The position numbers and the translations under genes were made by a program. Under the pieces are notes generated by a model. The model searched no databases and was not told the DNA's origin. It worked only from the letters and a program-made list of their open reading frames with translations. This document shows, one piece after another, positions 39,649-49,055 of a DNA stretch of 64,000 bases (the first letter of the stretch is position 1; each line of letters opens with the position of its first letter). Origin of the DNA: a virus; the IMG/VR virus record IMGVR_UViG_3300024261_000014, positions 19,880-83,879 of that record. One strand, 5' to 3'.

Positions 39649-40696
39649 GTGTTTTCTCTGCCATAAAATTTAATCTATTAAATGTTGTGTGTAACCAACT
39701 ATCTAAATTAGGTAACGCCGTGTACAATTTATCTTCCAAAAATTTCTTTTGAAATATATGTTTCACTAAACGCTGTATAGGATTCCCACATATCTCTTGT
39801 ATTTTTAACTTACTACTTCCAGATATGTTTATCTCATCTAAATCCATCAGTTTCTTATTCAAGAGTAATTGGTCTGAAGAATTAGTAATTACTTCACATA
39901 ATTTAAATTGTTTCTTTTTAGATTCTGCACTTTTCAGAACATCTTCTATTGTAAACTTATGGGGGGATTCAAGCCAAGGAAATAACTTTAAAAGGGTTTT
40001 TATTCCAGCACCCTTAATACCAGGTATCCCATCCGATTTATCACCATCCATTGTTCTAAATAATAAAAAGTTTGTGGAACTTATGCCATATTCTTCCAAT
40101 ATTTTTTCTTGGTCATACATCTTCTTCTTAGTAGGTGACCAAACTGAAATTCTATCATCCACCAATTGTAAGAAATCTTTATCGGTTGACATTATAGTAA
40201 CCTTATCCTTAAAGACATGTTTTGCTGAATAACCAATCACATCATCTGCTTCTATGTTTTCAGCAGTAGTAATAGTTAAAGGTAATAGTTCTAAATACTC
40301 GATTACTCTATTTAATTGAGCAATCATCATTTTATGTTCATCTGCACGAGTTAAAGATATTCCATCTGTTCTATTCAACCGAAGAGACATCTTTCTTCCT
40401 GCCTTATACTCTGGAAATATTTTTCTACGGCGGTTAGACCCACCTTTACCATCAAATACTATGATAGTTCTTGTGGGTCTTACCATATTAATAGCGAATC
40501 CAATTGACCTTAAAAAACCTACTATTCCACCAATGTGAACCCCATCCTCATTAGTAGTAGGTACTGCGGTAAACACTCTAATAAAAGTGTTTAAACCATC
40601 AATCAATAAAACCGAGTCATTTGGTTCTCCACCATCAACCTTTCCGCCAGATTTTTTTATTTCTTCGAGTATAGATAAGTGTTTTTGATTAATCAC
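39632..40696 (-). CDS. 5'-3' exonuclease / RNase H (FEN-like)
   Basis: IDGLN, FDG, YKAGR, EADD, STDKDFLQL, GDKSDGIPGIKG. Confidence 0.93.
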   Translation of the reverse strand: MINQKHLSILEEIKKSGGKVDGGEPNDSVLLIDGLNTFIRVFTAVPTTNEDGVHIGGIVGFLRSIGFAINMVRPTRTIIVFDGKGGSNRRRKIFPEYKAGRKMSLRLNRTDGISLTRADEHKMMIAQLNRVIEYLELLPLTITTAENIEADDVIGYSAKHVFKDKVTIMSTDKDFLQLVDDRISVWSPTKKKMYDQEKILEEYGISSTNFLLFRTMDGDKSDGIPGIKGAGIKTLLKLFPWLESPHKFTIEDVLKSAESKKKQFKLCEVITNSSDQLLLNKKLMDLDEINISGSSKLKIQEICGNPIQRLVKHIFQKKFLEDKLYTALPNLDSWLHTTFNRLNFMAEKTHGTKT

Positions 40697-41789
40697 CTAA
40701 GACCTCATCTGTGAACTCTACATCATCAATACCAAGTTTTTCTTTGTATTTTAATATAACCTTATCACAAATGATACCATAGACATAGTCTTTCAACTCA
40801 TCATCTTTGGTAATTAACTCTTCCCAATCCTTAGATAAAAACTTATGGTCTTTACCATTTTGGTCTGTAAGAGTGTACCACGCACCAGCTGATTTAATCA
40901 ACTTATGTTCTTTTAGAACAGTCAACCAAGCTCCGTAGTTATCAATACCCCTATCAAAGTACATATGATAATCTGTATGTCTTAAAGGTGGCCCAAGTCT
41001 GTTTTTCACAATCTGTGCTCTACACTTCATACCTAATACATTTTTTGCTGTATCTTTAATTTGTCCCATGTTCTTCAACCTAATTCTTGTTGAAGCGTGG
41101 AATGGTAATGCTTTCCCACCACTTGTTGTCCAAGGGTCTCCGAACATTACTCCGAGTTTTTGTCTTAATTGATTAGTAAACACAAGTGCCACTCGTTGTC
41201 TACCAACCATTTGAGTAATCTTTCTCAATGCTTTTGATATAATGATTGCTTTTGCAGTTGCCCAACCATCTTTATCAAAATCTGCTTCCAACTCTACTTT
41301 CGTAGTAGCTGCAGCGAGTGAATCAACCATAATAGTTACTAATCTATCTTTATCTGATTCCCTAACTTTAGTTATAATTTCTACAATCGCTTCAAATATA
41401 TCTTCTACTGTCTCTAAGTGTAGATATAACATCTTACCCATATCAATTCCAATCACTTCCATAAACTCTTGAGAAACTGAAGTTTCAGTATCTATATAAA
41501 CTGCAACCCCACCTTTCTTTTGAGTTTCTGCTAAGATGTGTGCACCAAGTAGAGATTTTCCACTTGATTCTAATCCATTGATTTCTGTAATTCTTCCAAC
41601 TGCAATTCCACCATTTGGTCTATTTGATATAGCCAAATCTAACATAGAACTACCTGTTGAGATAAAATCTGTGATATCCGTAGGTGTATTATCTGTACCA
41701 TCCAGAAAGTATGCTACTTTATTATCTTTAAATTTCTTATTTAAACTGTCGGCCAAAGTATCGGCCAATACATCGTGTACTGATGACAT
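40689..41789 (-). CDS. recA: RecA/UvsX recombinase
   Basis: GLESSGKS, YIDTE, VDSLAA, FTNQLR, TSGGKALPFHAS. Confidence 0.95.
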   Translation of the reverse strand: MSSVHDVLADTLADSLNKKFKDNKVAYFLDGTDNTPTDITDFISTGSSMLDLAISNRPNGGIAVGRITEINGLESSGKSLLGAHILAETQKKGGVAVYIDTETSVSQEFMEVIGIDMGKMLYLHLETVEDIFEAIVEIITKVRESDKDRLVTIMVDSLAAATTKVELEADFDKDGWATAKAIIISKALRKITQMVGRQRVALVFTNQLRQKLGVMFGDPWTTSGGKALPFHASTRIRLKNMGQIKDTAKNVLGMKCRAQIVKNRLGPPLRHTDYHMYFDRGIDNYGAWLTVLKEHKLIKSAGAWYTLTDQNGKDHKFLSKDWEELITKDDELKDYVYGIICDKVILKYKEKLGIDDVEFTDEVLGD

Positions 41790-41889
41790 TCATTTCTCCT
41801 TATCAAATTGTTAATGTGTAGTTAGGGAATACAATAACACCCATCTCTACTTTTGTTGTATGTTGCCACACATTAACGGGGGTTTTTAT

Positions 41890-42663
41890 TTACGAGTTAA
41901 ATAACTCATCAAAAGCATCACCAGTATTACTTACCTTAGATTTGTCAAGTTCAGCTACATTTCCTCCAACGGCTTTTGCTGTTGTTGATACTTCTGAATC
42001 TTCTTCAGTTGCATCACCATCAGGGTTTAACCATGTATTTAGTATATCTGTCATATCATCGTATGATAACTCTTGATAGATTTCTGTAATGTCCTGTTGT
42101 TTCTTTACTTTTTCAAGTATATCAGGCTCATCAGAAATCGGTGATTGATTAGGTTTGACGCGAATGTTAGTTTTTGGATAACTTGCTCCACTCTCCTCAG
42201 CTGAGATAAACTCTACCGAAATATCACGACCATTAATTGGGTCTGTAATATCACCATAATCAGGGTCTGCGATTACTGAAAGAAGTTCTTGATAAACTGT
42301 CTTTCCAAATCCCCAAAACTTCACACCTTGCGATTCTTCACCACGAACTATAACTGGAGCAAAAGTTCTCATCTTTGCTTCAAGTTTACGTGATAACTGA
42401 TAATCTTCCTTATTGCCACTTGCTTTTAGTTTTTGAGCAAACTCTTCAATAGGGTCTGGTCTACCAAAAGAAATTGGTGATAAATAAGAGCGATTGCTCA
42501 GATTGTAGTGAAAAAACAATTCAATAAAAGGATTATCTTTATTGAATGAGTAAGGTACGATACGAATTTGAGTTTTACCTGGTTGTGGTTTCCAAAGACT
42601 GGAAGTCCGATTGTTAGTTGTTTGTAACTGCCCGAGGCGTTTTTTTATTGCGTTTAAATCCAT
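41890..42663 (-). CDS. single-stranded DNA-binding protein (gp32-like)
   Basis: WKP..G...IRIVP, WGFGK, DITD...GRD, acidic tail ending FDELFN. Confidence 0.8.
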   Translation of the reverse strand: MDLNAIKKRLGQLQTTNNRTSSLWKPQPGKTQIRIVPYSFNKDNPFIELFFHYNLSNRSYLSPISFGRPDPIEEFAQKLKASGNKEDYQLSRKLEAKMRTFAPVIVRGEESQGVKFWGFGKTVYQELLSVIADPDYGDITDPINGRDISVEFISAEESGASYPKTNIRVKPNQSPISDEPDILEKVKKQQDITEIYQELSYDDMTDILNTWLNPDGDATEEDSEVSTTAKAVGGNVAELDKSKVSNTGDAFDELFNS

Positions 42664-42775
42664 TTCATATTCTCCATTTGTTTATGTTTATTTTTCATTT
42701 GTCAATCAAGTGTAACCTTGATACAATAATATATATCAACTAAATTTGCTAAAATGTAATATAGTTTAAGTTTTT

Positions 42776-42854
42776 TATAAAAAAAAAAGGTTCATTTCGT
42801 TTTTAAGTCTATCATAAGTGGAAACTAAAAATCGGTGAGAACCTTTTTTTATAA
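42776..42854. terminator. long inverted repeat / bidirectional terminator-like hairpin
   Basis: TATAAAAAAAAAAGGTTC ... GAACCTTTTTTTATA. Confidence 0.6.
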
Positions 42855-42855
42855 G

Positions 42856-43261
42856 TTGGAAATTTTAGGGAATGTAGGATTTGCATACCTACAACTTTCT
42901 GCTCAGATTTTATTGCCCTTGTACCTAACACCCATCAGTTACGATGATTCTCCTCAAGATGGTTAATCTCATTGGAGTGAGTACAATCTCTGTGTCAGTG
43001 CCTTATCTCTCTGAGTTTAGATTGATTCAGCCACAAGTTGGGATTTCAGTTTTACCCTTACCCAAAACAAGGTCTAAAGAATTGCTTCTTTATGTTTTCA
43101 GAAAGTACATTAGATGATTGATGTCTCAACTACTTAACCATTCGGCTTTGTAGATTCACCACGAACTCATCTTGGATTACCTTATGGGCTTCTAAAGTCT
43201 ACCCATTATTCGGTCAATTCCATACGAAGTTAATTACTCCTCGTACTTTTCAAAAATCCAA
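42856..43261 (-). ncRNA. candidate ~400-nt multi-helix non-coding RNA, family unassigned
   Basis: ORF-free, GC-richer core with many nested complementary segments; promoter-like motif upstream and terminator downstream; strand inferred from context. Confidence 0.6.
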
Positions 43262-43472
43262 TTTGTCAAAAAACTATGTATCTCATTTGATACATTAATA
43301 TATATGTATATAAATTCCCAAAATACATTTTATTTTAAAAAAAAACGTAAATAACTGAAAAAAACTTGATATTTATATATAGTTAACCGATTATGAGTTA
43401 ATTCAAACGCGTTGTTTTGGAGTGTATTGTTTTAATACACCCGTACTATATCATAATGATACACTTGTGTAA

Positions 43473-43880
43473 CTATTTGTTCCAATCCTTCACATTTACT
43501 ACCTGGTGTATTTTAGTAGGTATTATATTCAAACCTGTTTCGTTGGTTAGTAGTAAAGTATTTTGATATTCACTCCAATCAACATTAAAGCTCTTATCTA
43601 AGATTCCTTTATTCTTTGCTCTGATAACTTCATTCAAAGCGTTAATAGTATATAGAGTATTACTCTGTTTCTTTCTATGTAGTGAAATAGTGTTCTCTAT
43701 GTTCTCCTCGTAATTATCAATAAACTCGACATTATAGGTACAAATTAATTGGGTTTCTTCCTTCATATTCTGAAAAATGTATATTTTATCATAAAGTATA
43801 TCGTTACACTCTATAATAACATCAAGTGTTTCTGGCAATCGAGATAAGCGGGTAAATGTACATAATAATTGAGTTCTCAT
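43473..43880 (-). CDS. hypothetical phage protein
   Basis: QLLCTF, HRKKQSNTLYTINALN. Confidence 0.65.
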   Translation of the reverse strand: MRTQLLCTFTRLSRLPETLDVIIECNDILYDKIYIFQNMKEETQLICTYNVEFIDNYEENIENTISLHRKKQSNTLYTINALNEVIRAKNKGILDKSFNVDWSEYQNTLLLTNETGLNIIPTKIHQVVNVKDWNK

Positions 43881-43881
43881 A

Positions 43882-45225
43882 TTATTTCCTAAATGCTCCT
43901 AATAAACCAGACCAATCGTTTGAAACTAATTTATAATCTGATTTAACTCCGGGTACTCCATCCATTTGTCCATCCGCAAATCGAATCGTTATGATAACAG
44001 TCCCAATACCACCAACGTCTTGTGTACCAACATCTAATAAAAATTGATATCCAGATTTTGATTCTTTTAATTCATAATCAGCAATAAATTCTTCAGGTCC
44101 CATTTTTTTATTATAAAGTTTTTCACTTGGGATAAACCAAAATGTATCACCACCCTTAGCAGCATAAAATAAACTTGTTTCCCCAACACTTAATTGTTTT
44201 TTAAATAAATTATGTAAACCTAATCGTATTGAATTTTCTTTACCTGATAAGTACGTTTCGAAAATATTCTTGAAATGTTTTGTCCGTTTGACATTCCAAA
44301 CTTTCCATTGTGGATGATTCTTCTCTTGCATTTTTCTACAAAAATATTTGAACTTTTTTGTTTTAGTAGCATATTTCATTTTAGGTAAACCAACTGCCTC
44401 TGTTAATATATTCAATTCTTCTTCTGTTAATATTTCTTTTTGATATTCATCCCAAGTGTTTTTAATATGATTCTTAAAAATCGTTTTTGCTTTTGAATCT
44501 TTTGTTTTTGAATTAAATAATTTTGTAACTAAAACTTTCCAATCTTTTGTCATCGCATCAAAATCTGATTTATATGTTGTTATAAAATCCTTTCCTTTTA
44601 ATTCTTTTAGTCCCAATGCTTTTGTAAAAGTACCCAGAGTTAAATTCTTTAATTGTCCAACCCCCTTCTTTAAAGATATACCAACATCACCATAACCACT
44701 AAATGTACCAGCAATATCTGCAGCTCCATACTTAGAACCATCGTTTGTTGGGCCGGTCCACATCATATTCGTACCCTTACCTAATTCTTTTACAATTCTC
44801 GAAGATAGTTTTTTTGCATCGGATACGAGGTCTCCCTTTGGAATTGAAGCTTTTAATAAAAATTTTTCCCATACTGCACCTGCAGGTGGGACTTCAGTTA
44901 ATCCAGAATTTACTGCTTTTATTTTTTTATTCTTAAAAAACTTTGCAACTTCTGCACCATCTTTGAATGAACTACTACCACCAGCAACTAATATACCAGT
45001 CATTACTTCGTGATAAAATGTAGTTGCACCTGTACTACCTTCTACAATAATTTGTGATGGTGTTGTGAGATTTTTTATAAGTCTAACTCTCTCATTAATT
45101 GGCCAATTGTATTCTTTCAACACATCAAACAATTTAATCAAGTGTTGTTCATTAGTTAAATCGGGTGTACCATCCTTAACTCTGTAACTCAACTCATTTA
45201 ATATTTTATCAAAATCTGTTATCAT
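43882..45225 (-). CDS. hypothetical protein with possible PD-(D/E)XK-like core
   Basis: HE ... ADI ... GISLK pattern; function uncertain. Confidence 0.5.
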   Translation of the reverse strand: MITDFDKILNELSYRVKDGTPDLTNEQHLIKLFDVLKEYNWPINERVRLIKNLTTPSQIIVEGSTGATTFYHEVMTGILVAGGSSSFKDGAEVAKFFKNKKIKAVNSGLTEVPPAGAVWEKFLLKASIPKGDLVSDAKKLSSRIVKELGKGTNMMWTGPTNDGSKYGAADIAGTFSGYGDVGISLKKGVGQLKNLTLGTFTKALGLKELKGKDFITTYKSDFDAMTKDWKVLVTKLFNSKTKDSKAKTIFKNHIKNTWDEYQKEILTEEELNILTEAVGLPKMKYATKTKKFKYFCRKMQEKNHPQWKVWNVKRTKHFKNIFETYLSGKENSIRLGLHNLFKKQLSVGETSLFYAAKGGDTFWFIPSEKLYNKKMGPEEFIADYELKESKSGYQFLLDVGTQDVGGIGTVIITIRFADGQMDGVPGVKSDYKLVSNDWSGLLGAFRK

Positions 45226-46490
45226 TAAAATCTCTTTGTTATATCCTTCATACTATGATAGTTATCACCCATAGATACTTTTGTTGGATATTTCCCATTT
45301 TGTTCTAATACTTCTTTTACTTTTTTTAAGTATCCCAAACCATCTCCTTTTACATCAAAATCAAATAAAAAGGCATCGTAATTATATAATACTAACCTAC
45401 TACTATAATCTCCATTTTCTATAATGGGAATTAATTCTTTTACGATACGAATATTATTTTCAGTCTCCGATAATTGTATCATATAATTGAACAATTTATT
45501 CGGATTCATATCGTGCAAGTTCACCTTAACTATTTCTCTATTATAAATATCAGATTGAATACTTTTCGATGATTTCCATGTACTCCACAACCCATTTATA
45601 AACTCATCAACCCTACCAAAAAACGGGTTTTGTTTCATTTCGGTAGTTATACCACCATATAAATACTTAAATGTTAATTGTTTTCCCTCATCATAACCTA
45701 ATCCATATGTTTTTGCTAGGTGATTATGTGCAGAACCTTTAGGGAATTTATAATCAATCATATCACCTATTAATCGTGGGTGATACGCATCAAAATCAAA
45801 CTCTACCAATACCCCATGTTTATGTCTACTGATAAATTGTTTTCTACTACCATCCTTTTTATTTAATGCTGCAAAATTCATTCCACCAAACCTATTACTT
45901 GGTCTACCCGTTAAAGTGTATGGATTATATTCTGAATAAACCATTTTATCATCTGTAGTGTATAATCCATTCTTTTCTATTTCATATAAAACTTCCAAGA
46001 TAGTTTGGTCATATTCCTTTTCAAAATTCACCATCAATTCTTTTGATACCTTTTCAAAATACTCAGCATGCTTTACCAACGGAATTATATCATTAACATT
46101 TTCTTTATCGTAATGTAATCTATAATTGTGGTGATGTGCAGTTGTTAAATGTTTATCAAAATCATATGGTTGATTTGTTTTCATATAATGACACCAATTC
46201 AAATCATAAACTTCATTAGAAGTTATCATAGAAATGTGCTTATGGGATTTTAAATCAGATACAAGCATTGGTGTATCTATATTCAGATATTGTATATCTT
46301 CCGAAAATTTTTCATTATGATGAACTGGTACTATAAATTCTCTTGTCATAGTACGAATATAATAACAAGACACTCGATTGTCAAGTGGATGTTTATTTAC
46401 ATCTGAAAACATTTGTAGATATACAAATGGTTCTTTCTGTAATCTTTTAGATAAAGTTTCCCAACTATCTTGTGTATTTACTATAACCAT
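45225..46490 (-). CDS. compact family A DNA polymerase-like protein
   Basis: TGRPS, motif A EFDFDAYHPRL, motif B KQLTFKYLYG, motif C YNYDAFLFD. Confidence 0.85.
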   Translation of the reverse strand: MVIVNTQDSWETLSKRLQKEPFVYLQMFSDVNKHPLDNRVSCYYIRTMTREFIVPVHHNEKFSEDIQYLNIDTPMLVSDLKSHKHISMITSNEVYDLNWCHYMKTNQPYDFDKHLTTAHHHNYRLHYDKENVNDIIPLVKHAEYFEKVSKELMVNFEKEYDQTILEVLYEIEKNGLYTTDDKMVYSEYNPYTLTGRPSNRFGGMNFAALNKKDGSRKQFISRHKHGVLVEFDFDAYHPRLIGDMIDYKFPKGSAHNHLAKTYGLGYDEGKQLTFKYLYGGITTEMKQNPFFGRVDEFINGLWSTWKSSKSIQSDIYNREIVKVNLHDMNPNKLFNYMIQLSETENNIRIVKELIPIIENGDYSSRLVLYNYDAFLFDFDVKGDGLGYLKKVKEVLEQNGKYPTKVSMGDNYHSMKDITKRF

Positions 46491-47374
46491 TAATTTAATT
46501 TATTCTTCACATACATAACTATCTGTTCAGCAACTCTTATCTCAGTATATTTTTCCATTCCGAAGAATCCAGGTGATGAATTAATCTCACATATTTTGTA
46601 TCCATCATTATCATATAATAAATCTACACCACCTATATCTAAATTTAATAATTTTGTAGATTCTAATGCTAAATATTCCATTTGTTCATCCAATTCTACT
46701 GGTTTTGCTTCTCCACCACGTGTGATGTTTGCTCTGAAATCTCCATCGGATGATTCCCGTTTCATTGCTCCAATAACTTTACCCCCCACTACGATAATTC
46801 TTAAATCTCTACCAAACGAATCACTAACAAATTCTTGTAATATAATATTAAACCTATCATTAAATTGTTCCATCATCTCTACTAATTGTTCGAAATTTGA
46901 TTTTTTTTCTGAAAGATAAACACCCTTTCCATGTGTTCCACTTAATGATTTTACCACTATGGGGAATCCAATATTCCTCTCCACATAACTTGAATCAATT
47001 GGATTTTTAACCAACATAGTTTTTGGATGTGGTATATTATTCTGTGAAAGTATTTGCATTGTGTAGAGTTTATCCTTTACATTATCAATTGCATCTGAAC
47101 TATTAATAAACAACACCCCCATACGTTCTAAGTGTCTGAATACTGCCTTCTGATAATATGTAGTGGATGAACCTACTCTTGGAATTACAAAATCAGGTAT
47201 TGTAGTGTGTTCATTTTCAACTAACACCGACCTTTTATTCTCTTTACTTATAAAGATATCAACATGATTTGGGTGTATTGCAAAACATTCTATACCCTCT
47301 TTTGCAAAACATTCTATTAATCTTTTAGTTTCATACGATGGGTTATCTTGTGTAGTAAATATCCAACCTTTCAT
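46490..47374 (-). CDS. rimK: RimK-family ATP-grasp ligase
   Basis: DKLYT, FPIVVK..GTHGKGV, QEFV, DLRIIVVG, FRANITRGG, GVDLL, EINSSPG; probable start MKGWIF. Confidence 0.9.
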   Translation of the reverse strand: MKGWIFTTQDNPSYETKRLIECFAKEGIECFAIHPNHVDIFISKENKRSVLVENEHTTIPDFVIPRVGSSTTYYQKAVFRHLERMGVLFINSSDAIDNVKDKLYTMQILSQNNIPHPKTMLVKNPIDSSYVERNIGFPIVVKSLSGTHGKGVYLSEKKSNFEQLVEMMEQFNDRFNIILQEFVSDSFGRDLRIIVVGGKVIGAMKRESSDGDFRANITRGGEAKPVELDEQMEYLALESTKLLNLDIGGVDLLYDNDGYKICEINSSPGFFGMEKYTEIRVAEQIVMYVKNKLN

Positions 47375-48075
47375 TACTTCTCCCAATAAGTTTCGCTCCA
47401 CAACTTAGTAGTTTCTGGAAATGTTTTCAGCATTATCTCTTTTAATGCAATAGCATATTCCCGTATCTCCCATTGTGAAGTAGATTCATCTCGTAATTCT
47501 ATAAAGTTCATAACACTTTGGAAAGATGCAGTCCAATAAACTAATGTGTATTGTGATAGTGGTAATACAATTCTAGCTTGTTCTTTTGCCATTCCCATAT
47601 TAACAAATCCCTCATACACTTCTATCATTTTTCTCATCAAATCCCCATATTCAAGTAATGCTCTATTAGATTGAAAATCTGTTAATTCCCCATCACTTGC
47701 TTGTTTATTATCATCTGATTGTTTTCTCCACTTATCAGGATAATAAAAATCTTTTACTGGCATATATCTACCACTAATTTCGTTCCAAGCATGGTCTTTG
47801 GTAACACTTGATGATGTGGTTTCAATCCCCACAACGTGTTTGTATGCTTGTCTCATAACAAATTCTGGTGCTTTAATAATAACTTGAATGTGTTGGTGTC
47901 TAAATGGTGAAAAGTGTTTATGTTTAATTAGAAACTTGGATAGTTTTCTATCCTTATCTGTAAACTTATCACTCTTTTGACCAAAGGAAACTCTTGCAGC
48001 ATTTACTGGAGTTAAATCATTACCAAGAGAATCAACTAATTCTATATAACCTTTATCTAATACATCAATTTTCAT
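47374..48075 (-). CDS. thyX: flavin-dependent thymidylate synthase
   Basis: NAARVSF, HFSPF, NEISGRY, EQARIVLP, SQWEIR. Confidence 0.92.
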   Translation of the reverse strand: MKIDVLDKGYIELVDSLGNDLTPVNAARVSFGQKSDKFTDKDRKLSKFLIKHKHFSPFRHQHIQVIIKAPEFVMRQAYKHVVGIETTSSSVTKDHAWNEISGRYMPVKDFYYPDKWRKQSDDNKQASDGELTDFQSNRALLEYGDLMRKMIEVYEGFVNMGMAKEQARIVLPLSQYTLVYWTASFQSVMNFIELRDESTSQWEIREYAIALKEIMLKTFPETTKLWSETYWEK

Positions 48076-48193
48076 TAAGCCTCACCACAATCTTTTATCT
48101 TCTTAATTAGCTTTTCCAAACCTTGAAACTTCATAGATTCTTTATGTAGTTTTTTAGTCTCAGGTTTCTTTAAAAACTTTATTAATTTTTTCA

Positions 48194-48580
48194 CTATGCA
48201 CTTCCTTTTAATTTAATCATTTCTATTAATTCATCACTTCTTTCTTTTTTATATTTTTCACGAATCTTTGTTGCAGATATCTCACCTATTTCTGTAGGTG
48301 GTGTGTGTTCTATAATATCATAACCCACTCCTCTACCATAATTGACTGATTCTATATCAGGTACTATCATAAGTTTAACTTGTTTAACTCTAATGTAATC
48401 TGATAACTCTCTGGATAACATATCAAATACTTCCTCACAAGTAAATGGATTGTTTTTGTCTGGCATCATATCTCGAATACAAATCAAAACATTCTTACCC
48501 TCTTTCAATCGTTGTTCTATTAACCATTGATGTCCTTTATGCCAAGGTTGCCATCTGCCGATAAACATCGAATATTTCAT
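48194..48580 (-). CDS. HxGH nucleotidyltransferase (cytidylyltransferase-like)
   Basis: FIGRWQPWHKGH, ISATKIR. Confidence 0.85.
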   Translation of the reverse strand: MKYSMFIGRWQPWHKGHQWLIEQRLKEGKNVLICIRDMMPDKNNPFTCEEVFDMLSRELSDYIRVKQVKLMIVPDIESVNYGRGVGYDIIEHTPPTEIGEISATKIREKYKKERSDELIEMIKLKGSA

Positions 48581-48989
48581 CTACACACTCCTTTATTGAT
48601 TTGTCTGCATTTATATCTGTAAAGTTTGTTAGTGGTGGTTCGTAATCATCCACCCAATATTGTTCTTTTTCTGTTGGTCGGGTTGAGTGTATATAAAACT
48701 CTGAAACATTCCTTGACCTCTTTAGTTCCTGCCTCATATCTCTATAAGGTGAAACTAATGACACCAATACAATGTAACCTATATTGTCTAAAACCTTTGC
48801 CATATCAATAGCAAACTGAACATTCTTTCGTCTACCATCTTCGGAATAATCTTTATTGTTTAAGATATCACGAAGGTTATCCCCATCAATATGCACCACT
48901 TTGTGTTTCCAAAATGACAACTTGTGTTTTAACTCTGTACATAATGTAGTCTTACCAGAACCTGGTTGGCCTGTGAACCATAGAATCAT
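48537..48989 (-). CDS. cysC: adenylyl-sulfate kinase
   Basis: WFTGQPGSGKTT, IDGDNLR, RRKNV, VSPY, YEPP. Confidence 0.85.
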   Translation of the reverse strand: MILWFTGQPGSGKTTLCTELKHKLSFWKHKVVHIDGDNLRDILNNKDYSEDGRRKNVQFAIDMAKVLDNIGYIVLVSLVSPYRDMRQELKRSRNVSEFYIHSTRPTEKEQYWVDDYEPPLTNFTDINADKSIKECVDEIFDVYRQMATLA

Positions 48990-49055
48990 AACATAACCTT
49001 TAATTAATAATATATATCAGTTTAAAACCCCAAATAAACTTTTAATTTGGCGATT

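Noticed and set aside
42868-42895. tRNA or tmRNA suggested by a T-arm-like hairpin (GUAGG...CCUAC)
   Set aside because: The loop is not TTCGAAT-like, and no acceptor stem or CCA end was found
48075-48195. Possible 39-aa Lys-rich ORF between the nucleotidyltransferase and thyX
   Set aside because: It fills the gap but has a GTG start and no motif; evidence too weak to list
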